Assembly: GCA_040437565.1 (NCBI GenBank)
Contig: JBDOQK010000007.1
Span: 434,001 to 498,000, forward strand
DNA: 64,000 nt
Reading direction: 5' to 3'
From: Albugo candida
Lineage: Eukaryota
Position numbers and translations under genes: made by a program. Below, one piece after another: positions 51,706 through 64,000 of this stretch (position 1 is the stretch's first letter; every line of letters starts with the position of its first letter). A model generated the notes under the pieces. The model was given only the letters and a program-made list of their open reading frames with translations. It was not told the DNA's origin and made no database searches.

Positions 51706-53757
51706 TCATTCAAAGCCGAAATTAGCAAATGCGTCATTCATGTTCCCCATTGCCGAACTGGAAGAGATGGCTGAATTGAATAGATCTGAAGTGGACTGTG
51801 ATGGGAACGATGCAAAAAATGGATCTTTCTCGATTTCGAGTTGAGGAGGCTCGGCCATCTCGAGCTTTGGGCCTTGACTTGAAGCCGAGCTAGCTCCCGT
51901 AGATTGCATGACAGGAATTTGACTGCATGAGGCAATCGACCCAAAGGATGCATCTTTCGCCAAGTTGTTTGGATACACGGTTGAAGCGCGCATCGTTTCC
52001 AATCCCGCGATGTCCTTTTGAAGTTTTTCAATGAGTTGCCGCTCATTTTGTATCATTTCCTCCAGAGTTTTTGCAATCTCCGCTTGTGCTTTTGCATGTT
52101 CTGCTGATTGAGTGGATAAGTCGCGGCCAGCAACATGCTTCTTTGCTTCTCGAGCATTATCACGTCGTATACTAAGAGTGACCAACTCCTGTCGGAGTCG
52201 ATCAATTTCGCGAATTTTCTTAATCAGAGACTCGACAGAAAGCTGCTTGCGTTCAGACTCTAAAAGCTTTGCATGTACTTGTTCATTAGACTCTTCAAGT
52301 TGCTTCACCAAGAAACGTTCGCTCTCCTGTGATAAAAAGCCCTCAGCTTTAGACCCGATATTTGACGATGATGACATTCGTCTTGCAGTCGCCGCCGATA
52401 TACGATCTACTGGTGCAGTGCTCGCGACGTGAATACCCAAAGGATTGGAACCCCCTGCCGTAGTTGATATGTCTGGATAGGACCCATGTGTGGAACTTAT
52501 TGGTGTAGACGGCAAAGAAGTCATTCCGCCCGGCGAAGTGAACGAATTACCCATTATGGCACTGCTGAATCCGGAAAAACTTGCTCGCTCGGGACCGACT
52601 GGAATACTTGAAAAAGTGGGATGACCAGGAAGACTCGAGGGGGCTTCGACCGATGGCTGACCTTTGTGTACGAAATCGCTGCTTAGCTCATGATTCATAG
52701 GAAGTCCATTGAATGCTTCCATAGGATCACGTGCTTCTTTTGTACAATGAGGTGATTGCATGTCCAAATTCACGTGACTTAGAGTTGATACATTGGTTGA
52801 GTATACAGCATTCTCCAATTCTATCGGCAGTGAAGCCGGCAAGGGAAGACCACGCTTCGAAATACATACAATCAAATGCATGGCGACGGAAAACTCGTCC
52901 GCGTTCAATCGACCGTCCTGACTGCGATCAGCAAGATTCCATATCTCTCTCAATACCTACAGACACAAATTATCTCTATCATGATTTGCAAGCATGTCAT
53001 CACTTACCCTCCGATCCAAACCAGATTTTTGAAACAAACCAACTGCTTCTGCTCCTGATACAAATCCATCGTGATCGACGTCGGTTTGCATAAAGATAGC
53101 TTCATACTTTTTCTTCTCATCCTCTGTCACGGCGAATCCCCTCGCCTTCGCGGTAGGAAGCGATGGTTGTGATCCAATTGGTGCTATTGGCGTAGAGGTA
53201 GACGGACAACTGATCCCGTTGAATACTGGCAAGTGGTATGGTGTAGTAGCCAGCTCAATAAATCGTTCCATTGTGAGCTTTTCTCCTCGCTGAGCCATAC
53301 TAATGAGTCGCAATGCGACGTAGAACTCACTTCGCGACAGTTTTCCTGATTGCTGCACATTAGAGAAGTTCCAAATCTAAGCATACAGAGCTGCTGTTAA
53401 GTACATTTGAATATAATCTCTATCTAAAGATGCAAATAAACTTGCGTCACGCAATGTTGTTTTCTCAACGTTCGATCGAGTCAGAAACGCTACAGCAATT
53501 TTCCCTCCTATACTCTGCTGCTTTTCTTCATCCGCAACACGAAATAAGTACTCGTAGTATTGTATTTCTTGCTGCGTTGGTGGGGTCCAAGTAGCAAGAT
53601 TTATTGAGGCGCTATTTGTTAGAGTAAAGTCATGTTGCGGGAGTGTATTGATTGCATTTGCAGCTGGCGCGTGGCCTTCAAAAGATGAAAGTTTCCTTTC
53701 TGTGGACTGTACGGAATTAAAAGAAGGAAATGCTGCAAAAGAATGCAAATTATCCAT
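51706..53757 (-). CDS. EH-domain endocytic adaptor (Eps15/intersectin-like), two EH domains plus coiled coil; introns 53377-53445 and ~52957-53007
   Basis: LRDIWNFSNVQQSGKLSRSEFYVALRLI and LREIWNLADRSQDGRLNADEFSVAMHLI EH motifs; C-terminal DPF motif. Confidence 0.9.
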
Positions 53758-53983
53758 TGCGGCGACCCTTTTCAGTGAGGTCGATGCTGCTCCGAAACCG
53801 ATAAAGACATAGGTGTTCTGATTAAGTACGAGCTATTTTACCATGAAATTGACTGCTTCTTTACTTTGTGCGAGAATCATTGCGATCTTCGCACTTTATT
53901 AAGCGTGTCGCAGAGAACAAAGGCATCCTTTCTCATAAAATATTTCACGCTGTTTTTCGTCGCCACGCACGATTGCTACTATC

Positions 53984-55342
53984 ATGAATAGTCAAAGCGC
54001 TGATTCCGCAGACAAGAGCCAACATAAGAAATATACAGCGTCCAAAATAATTTCAAACGCTGTTTATTTCGCGGCGTACCCATACATTGCGGTCGGGAGA
54101 GCTGGGATTGCTGCTGGTTCTTATGCAATTTCAGCTCCAATTCATGTGACCAAACGAATCACTAACGCGTGCGCTGGCACTAAATCGAATCGAGAAAATG
54201 ACGCAATTTCTGATGCTTTTACCGTGCACGAAGTAGGACCATCTGAAGGAATGTATAAGCTCCATCATGACCCCCTCCGTGCTATTTGGACGGCGACGAC
54301 ATCGCCAAAAACGGTGATTTCTTACAGCGGGAAAATGCTATCGGATGCGGTTCTCGGCTCTCGTGGAGCGGCATCAAAAGCCATTGTTGCGTCGGGATCG
54401 ACAGCAATCCGAGCGGCAACAGGATTGACATGGGGAATGATTGGAACATTATGGTTTACAACATCATCCTGTGTTGGCTTGATGGATTATTCGACGAAAA
54501 TGGCGATTTCAATGATTCCGACCTGTGTTACGAATGCTGCGTGGCACGGTATGGAGATGACAGGAACCATGTCGACGGATCTGCTCGCTCTATCTATCGG
54601 GATGCCTATTCACAAGCTTTTTGTCACTTTCTTTCCACAAATGCAGCAGACCTTGACTCAAGAAGATTGCGTTCAAACTGCTCGTTCATTTGTTATCAAT
54701 CTGTTCCGAGTGTTTGGTCCTCAGAATGCGTTTTATCTGCTCAAATCTGTTCATGATACTATCCGAAGTGAGGAACTACACGATATGTTTTCACTGGCAG
54801 AAGAATTGTTGAGGGAACTAACCGACCAAAAAAATCTTTTGAAGGCTCGACAATTCGTTCACAAGACAATGAACAAGCCCGTATCGAGCTTTTTTGAACT
54901 ATGTCCATCGATCGAAGAAGTCGCCGACCTCATTTCCATGGCCGCAGACGTCACCAATGAAGTCTCTAGTACGCTGTTGGGTATCGAATACAATGAGGTG
55001 GCATGCATCAGCACAAGGCAAAGTGCATTAGATAGATTGGACCCGGAGGGTGAGTCAGTGTACAAACTGACTGATCACATCGATGACCACAGCCTCACAG
55101 AAGACGACAGCGACGGCGATTATCCGCACGAGACATTCTATTGTAATCGTATGGCCTGTGGAGACAGTTTGATTGCCGAAACATCGGGATTCTGTGGGAC
55201 ATTCTTCCCCGAAGAAATTGAGACGGACCCAGCAGAACAGTTGAGCGTAGTGGTGGATAAAGGTCTGGCTTTGATCGCATCGGTGGCAAAACGTGAACAC
55301 AGTGCACGCTTCTTTGATTTTTTTGGCCAAGTTTTCGATTAA
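53984..55342 (+). CDS. Hypothetical protein, 452 aa
   Basis: Long intronless ATG ORF; no family recognised. Confidence 0.75.
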   Translation: MNSQSADSADKSQHKKYTASKIISNAVYFAAYPYIAVGRAGIAAGSYAISAPIHVTKRITNACAGTKSNRENDAISDAFTVHEVGPSEGMYKLHHDPLRAIWTATTSPKTVISYSGKMLSDAVLGSRGAASKAIVASGSTAIRAATGLTWGMIGTLWFTTSSCVGLMDYSTKMAISMIPTCVTNAAWHGMEMTGTMSTDLLALSIGMPIHKLFVTFFPQMQQTLTQEDCVQTARSFVINLFRVFGPQNAFYLLKSVHDTIRSEELHDMFSLAEELLRELTDQKNLLKARQFVHKTMNKPVSSFFELCPSIEEVADLISMAADVTNEVSSTLLGIEYNEVACISTRQSALDRLDPEGESVYKLTDHIDDHSLTEDDSDGDYPHETFYCNRMACGDSLIAETSGFCGTFFPEEIETDPAEQLSVVVDKGLALIASVAKREHSARFFDFFGQVFD

Positions 55343-55357
55343 TGATACTTTGATTAT

Positions 55358-58300
55358 TTAACTCCGTTCTCCAAATTGTGTGAGCTTCCACTGCATAGTG
55401 TTGGACAATTTGATATCACTTTCTGGTGATGTTGTGACAGTCTCTTTCTCTATTCGTTGCAGAAAAGTCTTAAGGCAATTTTGTAACGCTATTGCCTTGT
55501 CGAACTCCTTGAAATACAAAAGCATTTTGATAGTCTCATCGACTTCGGACTGTAAATGAGAGTCAGGTTTGGCTTCCTCACATCCTCTCTCCACATATTG
55601 GAGCTCTTCGATACTCCCAGGCTTGATTCGATGCTGTCGGCGTTCGTGGCGTTTTGGTTTGGACGATATGGATTGTGCCTGTAAACTGATTGTATGTGTG
55701 GCGTAAAAATGACTCGCGGACGCCTGGACGTGCTCTTTCATCCCGAAATTGCCAATTTGGGTAGTTTTGGGATAATTATGGCTACCCACAGACGAGCGAC
55801 TGGAAGTATTGGACATATCCGAGTACACCTTGCTATTCGCCGTGCTGGACATAATGGAAGAACACGCACTGCTTTGACTGTCGATTTCATCTTCTCGACT
55901 CCAGCGATTGCTATCGATCCCATGTAATTGAAACAATCGCCTTTGCTCAAGAATTGTCGTCATCCGCTCATGATGCTTTTCGTAGTTGGCCGCTCTTGAT
56001 CGTAATTCCCATAAAAGCTCGTCCGATTGCTGTAAGACTGCGGACGCAATATCCTGCAGCAAATCACGTCGATCATGCAAATCAACCAGCCGAAGACTCT
56101 CATGCCAGTGCATGTGCTCGATCAGAAGCGTGATTGCCCCAACGATATCCTTGCAGTATTCGACATATATTCTTGCGGCGACACAAGCGTATTTGGAGCG
56201 ATCAATCTCGAGCAGCTTTTCCGCAACGAGGTACCCGCGAGCCTCTTGTGTTTGACTGGAAACCGGAAGCGATAATGCCAACTCCCATCTCCCCGCTGCA
56301 GTACAAGCTTTTACAGCCAGCTCATTTTCATCCAAACTGAGATAAATATACGCGGCTTCTTCGGCAGAGTCTTTGACCAGAAAATGAGCTTTCAGCAACA
56401 GAATGCGCCTGGAGAGGCTGGCAGTCCATGTACAAGCTGGATTTTGCGTCAGCTTATCAAGAGCGGTGTCATACAAGTGACTTGATACGATCAGATCCAC
56501 AAGTTTCGATGTCCATTTTTGCCGATTGTCGTCCAAATTGGAGCCTTGGATTAAATGGGTGATCAAATTCTCGATCGCTTTCTCATCACGCTGGAGCACT
56601 TCATCAACTTGAAATCGTCCAAATGGAGAAAGTGCTTGGCCATTTGGAAGGACTTCCAAGCTGTTGAGAATAGAGTTATATTCTTTTGGATCTTGCTGAG
56701 AATAGGATGCTATATATCGCGCAAGCTCAATGTCGTACGCTTTGAGGCTTTCTTGATATAATATGTCGACATCTACTAGAAGAATCAAATGTTTGACCGC
56801 TCGTTTTGCCTGTGCGGGAAAATTTCTTTTCAACGTTTTGAGCAAATTCAAAACTTCCTGATATTGCGGAGGTTGTTGCTTGATACAGCACGTTACCATG
56901 GGAAGCAGGAAAGCTTCATTAGCACTATGTGGAGAGCACTTCATCGCGTGAGTCAAAGCATTGCATATGTCATTCACTTTTGGAGCTTTTGAGTCTTGTC
57001 GAGATGCCTCAGTAATAAAATGCGCGGCTTGCGGCCCATACTTTGTCACCCAGACATTCACTGGATGCAAATTGGTAATAAACAAACAAAGACGATCACT
57101 TGCAGTCTTCGGAGACGCAAGCAACTCCTCAAGAAAAGCAACCAAATGATTGTGGAAAACTTCTGGGTTGTAATCCACGAGCAAATTCAAATCCAATCGA
57201 TGCTTTCGACAGGTTTCTAGCGCGATGACGAACGATTTTTCAGAAAGNNNNNNNNNNNNNNNNNNNNNNNNNNNNNNNNNNNNNNNNNNNNNNNNNNNNN
57301 NNNNNNNNNNNNNNNNNNNNNNNNNNNNNNNNNNNNNNNNNNNNNNNCTGGATGCAAATTGGTAATAAACAAACAAAGACGATCACTTGCAGTCTTCGGA
57401 GACGCAAGCAACTCCTCAAGAAAAGCAACCAAATGATTGTGGAAAACTTCTGGGTTGTAATCCACGAGCAAATTCAAATCCAATCGATGCTTTCGACAGG
57501 TTTCTAGCGCGATGACGAACGATTTTTCAGAAAGAAGCTGGATGACAAGCAGCAGTATCAGAATGCGCGGTGTAAGGATCTCAAGATTGCCTCGATCCGC
57601 CTGGAGGATAACCTGACCTTGCTTTGGCACCACACAAATAAGTTTAGCGCCGTGTTCGATAATACGAGTATCAGTAATTCGTGCAATATGCTCTTGTGGT
57701 GCTTTTCCGATACATTCGTCTAAAACGGAAAATAGTGCTTGGAGAGAGATAACGTGTAGCCGACTGGGTGTTCCGGATGTTGTGACCAGCAAAATGGGCT
57801 GGGAGGCGTCTAGCATGAAGGAGGTTACAGCTGTGAAAATCAAATTATCATCCAAATATAATCTTCCTCCAGCAGTGAGCCCGATCAAATGCGGGCTGGA
57901 GCCTGTAGTTGCACTCATTTGCACGAAGCGATTACCACAACTTCCAATCTCGTTTGATTTGAGCGCAAGCTTCTCTGCATCTAGCGAAAAAAGGCGCAAG
58001 GTTCCCCAGATATCTTGTGTTACTAAATTGGTCTGGTTTGAGTGTGATAGCAGTCGAAGCTGTATACAACTTTCTTCCGCCACGACGAATTTTCTTTCGG
58101 TGTATTCGATAAGGACGACGCTTTCTTGAGCGCTTTTAGCGAGTATCACGAAGCTTTCTCTCGCCGTATAGATGAACGCGAGTAAACTCGTCAGAGAGAT
58201 GCTGCTATCTTCGAACAAAATTGTCTCACAGGATGCCAGGTAATCGTGTACAATTGCGATCTGCCCATCAGATGACATAATAGCCACTGCGGTGCCATTT

Positions 58301-59493
58301 TGAGAAAAGCAAATTTGAATGATAGAACGTTTTCCCGGAACGATTTCTTTGAATGCAAAGGGAGGAGGAATGATCACCTTATCGAACGGTGTGATCAGCA
58401 ATTTATTTCCATCAATGACTCCTACAGTTGACAAAGACGCGTCCACTTTCCACGCGAACTCTTGCTGGGTGTATTGCCAAGAAGTATCACTGATGGTGGC
58501 GAGTGAGTGGAGGACATAGGAACGCTCAGTATCCCACCGCAAAAAACAAGAGGCTCCCTGAGCTTGGAGTTCTTGTTTCAGGTACCAATGATAATTCTGC
58601 CGTGTCCATAACTGAACTCTACACTTCCCGCTTTCCAAATCTTTGAGCACGATGGCTAAAATATCGGATGATATATTCCAAGCTAGTTGCTCAATCTCAT
58701 GCGAAGTACGAGAAAACGCTGCTGATAGCGGGAATTCTCCATGAGTTAATCCATTCCTTTCAAAAAAAACAATTTTCCACAGATTTTGAAACATACAGCT
58801 GGCAATCAGAGAATGGTCTGGGCACCAATCCATCGGAAAAGTAATGCTTTGACTGTATTCTTCGTCTTCTTTTCGGCCAACCGAATGGAAGGCTAAGGAT
58901 GCGTCTAGGACAAGCAGCAATCGAGAGTTGGTGAAACCAAGGTTCACTGCTATATATTGCGAATCATCTCTCCAAGAAAGTTTTACATCAACAACACTAT
59001 CAGTGTCTACGAGCTGAGTTAAATCACTCCATTTCGTCTCATGTAGAACCTGCCACTGAGTATTTAATACCACAAGTGTTCCTGAGCGTGTGGCAATCGC
59101 AACCATGTCCTGTGCACTGGACCATGCAATTGAGAGAATCCCAGACTCAAAGATTCCAATCTCTTCGGATTGGCGCGTATCCAAACGAACAAGTCCTAAA
59201 ATGCCAACCTCGTGACCTACTACAAGTGCGTTGAATTCGCTCAAATACGTAATCCATTTCCACTTTGTACTTTGACGCGATGCACTCGGAAATGTGTCAG
59301 CGAGGGATATCCAATCATTCTGAATGACCCGGCCGGAGTCTTTGATATCGACCGATTGCTTGCAGATAGAACCGAATGCAAAGAGAATATATAAAGTATG
59401 ATCAGCGGAATTGTAGGTGAATGCTACGGCTTCATCGGAAGCCTTAAGGATGCCTGAGCATTGATATCGTTGCAGTGATCCGAGATTCTGCAT
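55358..59493 (-). CDS. ELP1: Elongator complex protein 1 (IKI3/IKAP); split by a gap with duplicated flanks
   Basis: LSWRDDSQY, IVFFERNGLTHGEF, LWTRQNYHWYLKQ, RGNLE, CRKHRLDLNL, SQQDPKEY and basic KPKRHERRQHRIKPGSIEE motifs. Confidence 0.93.
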
Positions 59494-59788
59494 GCGTGGT
59501 CACGAATGCGTGTCCAAGCTATTTAGTGTGGAAACATCATACACGGCGCGAGGATTTCAGTAAGGCGGAAAGAATTAGAAACGATCATGTTCTTTGTTCT
59601 TCCTGACACCTGATCCTATCACATGAATCGGTAGGATAACTCTTTAATATCGCGCACGCACGTGCTTGTGAATTTTCCTTGTCTGGAAGAGACGGAACTC
59701 TAAGACATATGGTAACCGATTATCGGTTTCTCTCTATAAACCATCGCGATCTGATTCCTTCGAACGCGATGGAGATAGCTTGTACTTT

Positions 59789-61885
59789 ATGAATAGTCGT
59801 CAGATATATAAGGACCAGTTTATGGTGTGGAGTATGAAAAGCGTGTCCTTGGACGAGATTAGCGGTTACACTGAAGTTGATCAATTAGGTCGAAGTCGTT
59901 TAGATGTACCCATGGCGGAGAATACAACGACTCCCGCTTGGCCAATAGAAGCTAATGTTGAGTCGTGGTATCACGATGAACGCACTGAGGTTGATGACGT
60001 CATTGCGAATGCGAATGATCTCGATGTGTGGACATTAGAATCCAGAAGAGAGAACACTACGACTTATTTGCATTGTAAGAACAATGAGCGCCTGTCGTAC
60101 GCTGTCCGCGCTGTTACTATCATTCAAGGAAATGTACCGGATGTCATGGAAAGTATTCGCGCCAACGAAAGTGGTCGATTTCGTCACTTTATGAAGTTAA
60201 TGCATCCACGCAGTTACATTGATGCCGAAGTCTTGTACGATCATTCAATCACAAATTCACACGCCCAACAAACGTTCGGTCTCACGAATGAATCACTCAC
60301 ATTGAAATGGTTTTCGCTCAATTCTGGAAATCGACTGAATCGGAACAAAGAGTTTCTTGTACGTAGTTACTGTGCGATACATCGCCAGCATCCAATCTAC
60401 GGGCAAGTTGGCGTCTACCGTTTTTCATCGTATGATGGAATTGGCGCCAAATATGGATTCCGTGTCAAGCAAGACACATATAGCTTGTATGTGTTTGAGC
60501 CTTCTTCTATCGTAGTGCAGTCGTGCACTGAGGGCGGCTGCGTTCGAGTGACGTGTACATATGCAATACGTAAAGCACGAGGCGACAACACACTTAGTAA
60601 CAGTGTAAAGTATGTAGCTACTCGGCTTTGCCATGATATTAGGAATTTACAGCGCGCTGCACAATTAACCTCTCAAGTTGCAGCACTGGCACAAAAGAAC
60701 GATTGGGTACAAGATGTCGATCGAAGTAAATGTCGGAGTTGTCTACAGTCTTTCAGTATGCTGAAACGACGTCATCATTGCCGTGTTTGTGGAGAAATTC
60801 TATGTGCATCATGCACTTCGTTTCAAGTGCTGCAGTTGGATGGTCCCAAGGTCCGCATCTGTAAGGAATGCGTGAGCAAGTCATCACGAGTGGATAACCC
60901 CGATGACAGAGCAAATTCTCACGGACACGGGGCTGTACAGGGTAATCGTAGAGGGAGCACTTGTGGCAGCGACAGCTCATCTATAGGGTACGAAGACCCT
61001 GTGCAGCAAACATATGAAGTAGGGGAAGATGACCGATTCATTAGTCAAAATTCTATTGGCAAATTTATGAAGCTTTCCACCTCATCAACATCGACACGTA
61101 CAGTGACTTCAGAACAAGGGACAGTTCACAGTTTCGGCTCAGTTTCGTCTCCCACTTCTATAAATTATCAATCAGGTTTATCCAACGAATTTCGAATTCA
61201 GAGAAGTAGAAGCCGAACCGAATCTATTGGCGAAATGGGATATACATCACTCGATGATTCACCGGAAAATTCGACCATGACTACCCCTTCATCTCGAAGG
61301 CTTACGCGCAAAATTCATTATTTTAATGAAGATTTGGATCAAATTTGTAGTCTGGCCATGGAAGCGGTATCATGCCCAATTGCAGGAATTCGAACAGATG
61401 ACTTTGAACTTGTTCGATATACATCTGGAGGGGAACGACCTAATCCCAATTTGCCTCGATCGCTCCCAACATTTCGCCGCATGGCGACAAAAGGAAAGCC
61501 GTGCATTGTGCTCAATGTATCTGGTGACCAACGAATTGCCGGTGAGAAACGAAAGTCAGCAAAACTCCAGTTTTTCATTGGAATTCCGCTGATGATCAAT
61601 GGGGAGGTTGTCGGAGACTTATGTATAGGAGATTCACTGCCACGTCAAGACGTGAGTGGTCAGCAACTTGCGATACTCAAAGTGCTCGGTGAGACGGCTA
61701 CGCGTTACATGCGATCGAATGATTTCTTGGACGACTTGGCCGTGTATCGAAGACTAAACGCACGCGCACGGACTTCCAATCTGTCGGACATCGAAACGCG
61801 ATCCGTATCCCAGTTTAGTGTCCGCGAAGATGACGTTAGTTTCAATCTTGCTCAACCATTGCAAAGGAAAGAAATTGCTTTTTAA
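59789..61885 (+). CDS. START-like + FYVE zinc finger + GAF-like domain protein
   Basis: FYVE WVQDVDRSKCRSC...RRHHCRVCGEILCASC...RICKEC; GAF-like LQFFIGIPLMINGEVVGDLCIGDSLPR; N-terminal START-like segment. Start codon uncertain. Confidence 0.88.
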   Translation: MNSRQIYKDQFMVWSMKSVSLDEISGYTEVDQLGRSRLDVPMAENTTTPAWPIEANVESWYHDERTEVDDVIANANDLDVWTLESRRENTTTYLHCKNNERLSYAVRAVTIIQGNVPDVMESIRANESGRFRHFMKLMHPRSYIDAEVLYDHSITNSHAQQTFGLTNESLTLKWFSLNSGNRLNRNKEFLVRSYCAIHRQHPIYGQVGVYRFSSYDGIGAKYGFRVKQDTYSLYVFEPSSIVVQSCTEGGCVRVTCTYAIRKARGDNTLSNSVKYVATRLCHDIRNLQRAAQLTSQVAALAQKNDWVQDVDRSKCRSCLQSFSMLKRRHHCRVCGEILCASCTSFQVLQLDGPKVRICKECVSKSSRVDNPDDRANSHGHGAVQGNRRGSTCGSDSSSIGYEDPVQQTYEVGEDDRFISQNSIGKFMKLSTSSTSTRTVTSEQGTVHSFGSVSSPTSINYQSGLSNEFRIQRSRSRTESIGEMGYTSLDDSPENSTMTTPSSRRLTRKIHYFNEDLDQICSLAMEAVSCPIAGIRTDDFELVRYTSGGERPNPNLPRSLPTFRRMATKGKPCIVLNVSGDQRIAGEKRKSAKLQFFIGIPLMINGEVVGDLCIGDSLPRQDVSGQQLAILKVLGETATRYMRSNDFLDDLAVYRRLNARARTSNLSDIETRSVSQFSVREDDVSFNLAQPLQRKEIAF

Positions 61886-62331
61886 ACTAGGATTTTACAG
61901 AATAGAAGATATTTGCGTGTGCTAATGTTCCGCGTTCTCTCTGCATTCGTGCATGTCTCCGTCACATAGATGCGATAAGAGCACTGACTATACATAGCTT
62001 TTGCTAAGCCATTTGTCATGTACCCTAAGCAAATTATAGAAGCGCACTTTATCTCTACAGTACTTTTTCTAGTTCCCATCAAGAGCGCTTCTTTTGTTCT
62101 TTCGCTTTGGGGCATAGAAACGAGCTGAAAGCGGGTAATTGGTATCCTCGAATTGTGTTTGAAACACATTCAACTTTATCAGTAGGCAAACTGAATAGCA
62201 TGAGTATTGTTGATAATAAGAATGTCAAACAGAGACAAGGTAGCAGATGTGTGCTTGCTCAACATCCACGATTCTTGTCCAAAACCATTCTTGTGCCTTC
62301 AGGCTCTACGTCCCAGTATAGTGGTGACTTT

Positions 62332-64000
62332 ATGTCTCCTCTTGATAGCAGTTATGATCCAATTACGCCAGAAAACGCAAACTATCAGACACTCAAGACT
62401 GACACACTTGTACTCAATCCACCAACCATCGCTGCGAACGGTGACATGAATAGGCGCTTGACTGGATCAGATAGCTTTACTTTGCAGCATAACGCGGAAC
62501 AAACACCATGGAGAAATCGACGGAATCGATCGCAGAACATATTGTTGCATGTGTGCAGCTCCATTCTGATTTTGGAGTTTGCTGAACGAGTAAGTTATTA
62601 TGGAATCAATCAGGGTCTGAAGAATTATTTGGGCAAATTAGGATGGAGTCAAGTAGGGTCGAATGCTCTCAAAAGTACATGGACTTCAATTTGTTATTTA
62701 TCACCTTTATTTGGTGGATACATTGCCGATGAGAAGTGGGGTCGTTTTCAGACATTAGCGATTTTTGGGATTTGGTATACAGCCGGAGTCTTTCTTATCA
62801 GCTTATCTGCCTATCCAACAATCCTGCAAAATCACGTATTGGGAGGATGGTTGTGTCATCTTGGGTTGTTTGCAGGAGTAGCGATAGGAACTGGCGCAAT
62901 CAAAGCGAATGTTATAACCTTTGGAGCTGATCAGTTTGATCCCGAGTGTCATGACGAAAGTGTGCAGCAACAATTGTATTTCACTTCGTTCTATACGGTG
63001 ATCAATCTTGGTGCTTTATTTTCGTATGGGTACCTGTCTATTTTATGCGTACAGGGGTCAGGAGCAATTTCTCCTGAGTATGGGTACTTTGCGACTTTTA
63101 TTATTTGTGGAGCGGTGATGACGATAGCATATTTACTGTTTCTGTACGCTTATCCTCGCTATGTTCATATTCAGCCGCACACTAGCGCCATTACCGAGTT
63201 ATGGTCCATCTTGCGTGGCAACTGTGCTTATAGTTATGAAGCTAGAATGCTATATTACGGGCTGTGGTCATTTGGAGCCGCTTCATTTCTAAATCTGATC
63301 GCAGCTTTCTTGTCGGATGAGAATTACTTTGGTCAGTATTTGTCCTATACAGTGGTCATTTGCTGCGTATTTGGAAGTTATGTGTGGATTCGATATGGGA
63401 TGAATGCTTTTTATATGGATAAAAGTATGGCATCAAACGGCGGAAAGTATGACGACGAAACTGTCGAAGAAATCAAACAAGTTGTACGAGTGCTACCCTT
63501 CTCTTGTTTTATGATCATTTGGGAATGTGTATATGACCAACTGGATGCTAATTTACAGTCGATCACACAACAGTGCGACTTGCGACTCAATCCAGCTCAT
63601 TCTGGAGATGCGGATGCGCATCAAGTTCCTGGTGCAATGCTTGGTATTTTTGATCCTCTGACAATCATTATTCTGATCCCGCTGTTGGACACTGTCATTT
63701 ATCCGTGGTATACAAAAGTTGTGGGTCGTCCTCCTAGTGCTTATGGTAAAGTACTGGCTGGTTTGATTATTTCGACCGTTGCCATGTTTTGGGCGGGCAT
63801 CTTTGAGATTTTGCGACGAAACAGTGGAGAAATACGAATCATAGACTCCGAAACGGGCAGCTTCATCTCAATATTGGATCGTGGATCTTCGCAACCAATG
63901 AATCATATGTACTGGGCGTATGCTATACCAAACTACGTGCTAGTAGCCATCGCAGAATGTCTTATCAATGTCACAGCATATGAGCTTTTCTACCGAGAAG
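62332..64000 (+). CDS. Proton-dependent oligopeptide transporter (POT/PTR family), 3'-truncated; absent from the supplied ORF track
   Basis: Manual translation gives ILEFAERVSYYGINQGL (ExxER motif), SPLFGGYIADEKWGRFQT, GTGAIKANVITFGADQFD and FYTVINLG. The frame is open to the window end; alternative start at ATG 62200. Confidence 0.93.
   Translation, partial: MSPLDSSYDPITPENANYQTLKTDTLVLNPPTIAANGDMNRRLTGSDSFTLQHNAEQTPWRNRRNRSQNILLHVCSSILILEFAERVSYYGINQGLKNYLGKLGWSQVGSNALKSTWTSICYLSPLFGGYIADEKWGRFQTLAIFGIWYTAGVFLISLSAYPTILQNHVLGGWLCHLGLFAGVAIGTGAIKANVITFGADQFDPECHDESVQQQLYFTSFYTVINLGALFSYGYLSILCVQGSGAISPEYGYFATFIICGAVMTIAYLLFLYAYPRYVHIQPHTSAITELWSILRGNCAYSYEARMLYYGLWSFGAASFLNLIAAFLSDENYFGQYLSYTVVICCVFGSYVWIRYGMNAFYMDKSMASNGGKYDDETVEEIKQVVRVLPFSCFMIIWECVYDQLDANLQSITQQCDLRLNPAHSGDADAHQVPGAMLGIFDPLTIIILIPLLDTVIYPWYTKVVGRPPSAYGKVLAGLIISTVAMFWAGIFEILRRNSGEIRIIDSETGSFISILDRGSSQPMNHMYWAYAIPNYVLVAIAECLINVTAYELFYRE

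Noticed and set aside
57061..57534. Internal duplication and frame break in ELP1
   Set aside because: Exact ~187-bp overlap across gap 57248-57347; a single continuous ORF when merged.

Overview
Eukaryotic, intron-containing genomic DNA from an oomycete. Short 45-70 nt introns, very tight gene packing and oomycete-type domain architectures suggest an Albugo-like white rust, but this taxon call is inference. Gene-dense blocks (1-10.9 kb, 17-25.7 kb, 39.9-64 kb) encode GCP4, Rab1, a 2OG-Fe(II) oxygenase, a kinesin-FHA-C2 protein, a P-type H+-ATPase, mitochondrial DnaJ, an RA-PH-RGS protein, COX15, SLC25A39/40, urease, a membrane EEP-family enzyme, a PKD-RyR channel, PreY, a cathepsin, an EH-domain protein, ELP1, a START-like-FYVE-GAF protein and a POT transporter. 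These alternate with gene-poor, repeat-bearing regions (11-17 kb, 26-39.7 kb) holding a lineage-specific 67-aa repeat protein, degenerate ORFs, an inverted segmental duplication, two long hairpins, an 80-bp tandem repeat and an isolated secreted fungal-type GH32 invertase. There are ten 100-N gaps. Eight have identical overlapping flanks and look like assembly artefacts, one separates two diverged repeat copies, and one probably hides a collapsed ~3.4 kb duplicate. I found no convincing new multi-gene system. The best leads are the 29.1 kb pre-miRNA-like hairpin, a lectin-like insertion in GCP4, the RA-PH-RGS protein and the inverted duplication. All calls are by eye, without database searches.
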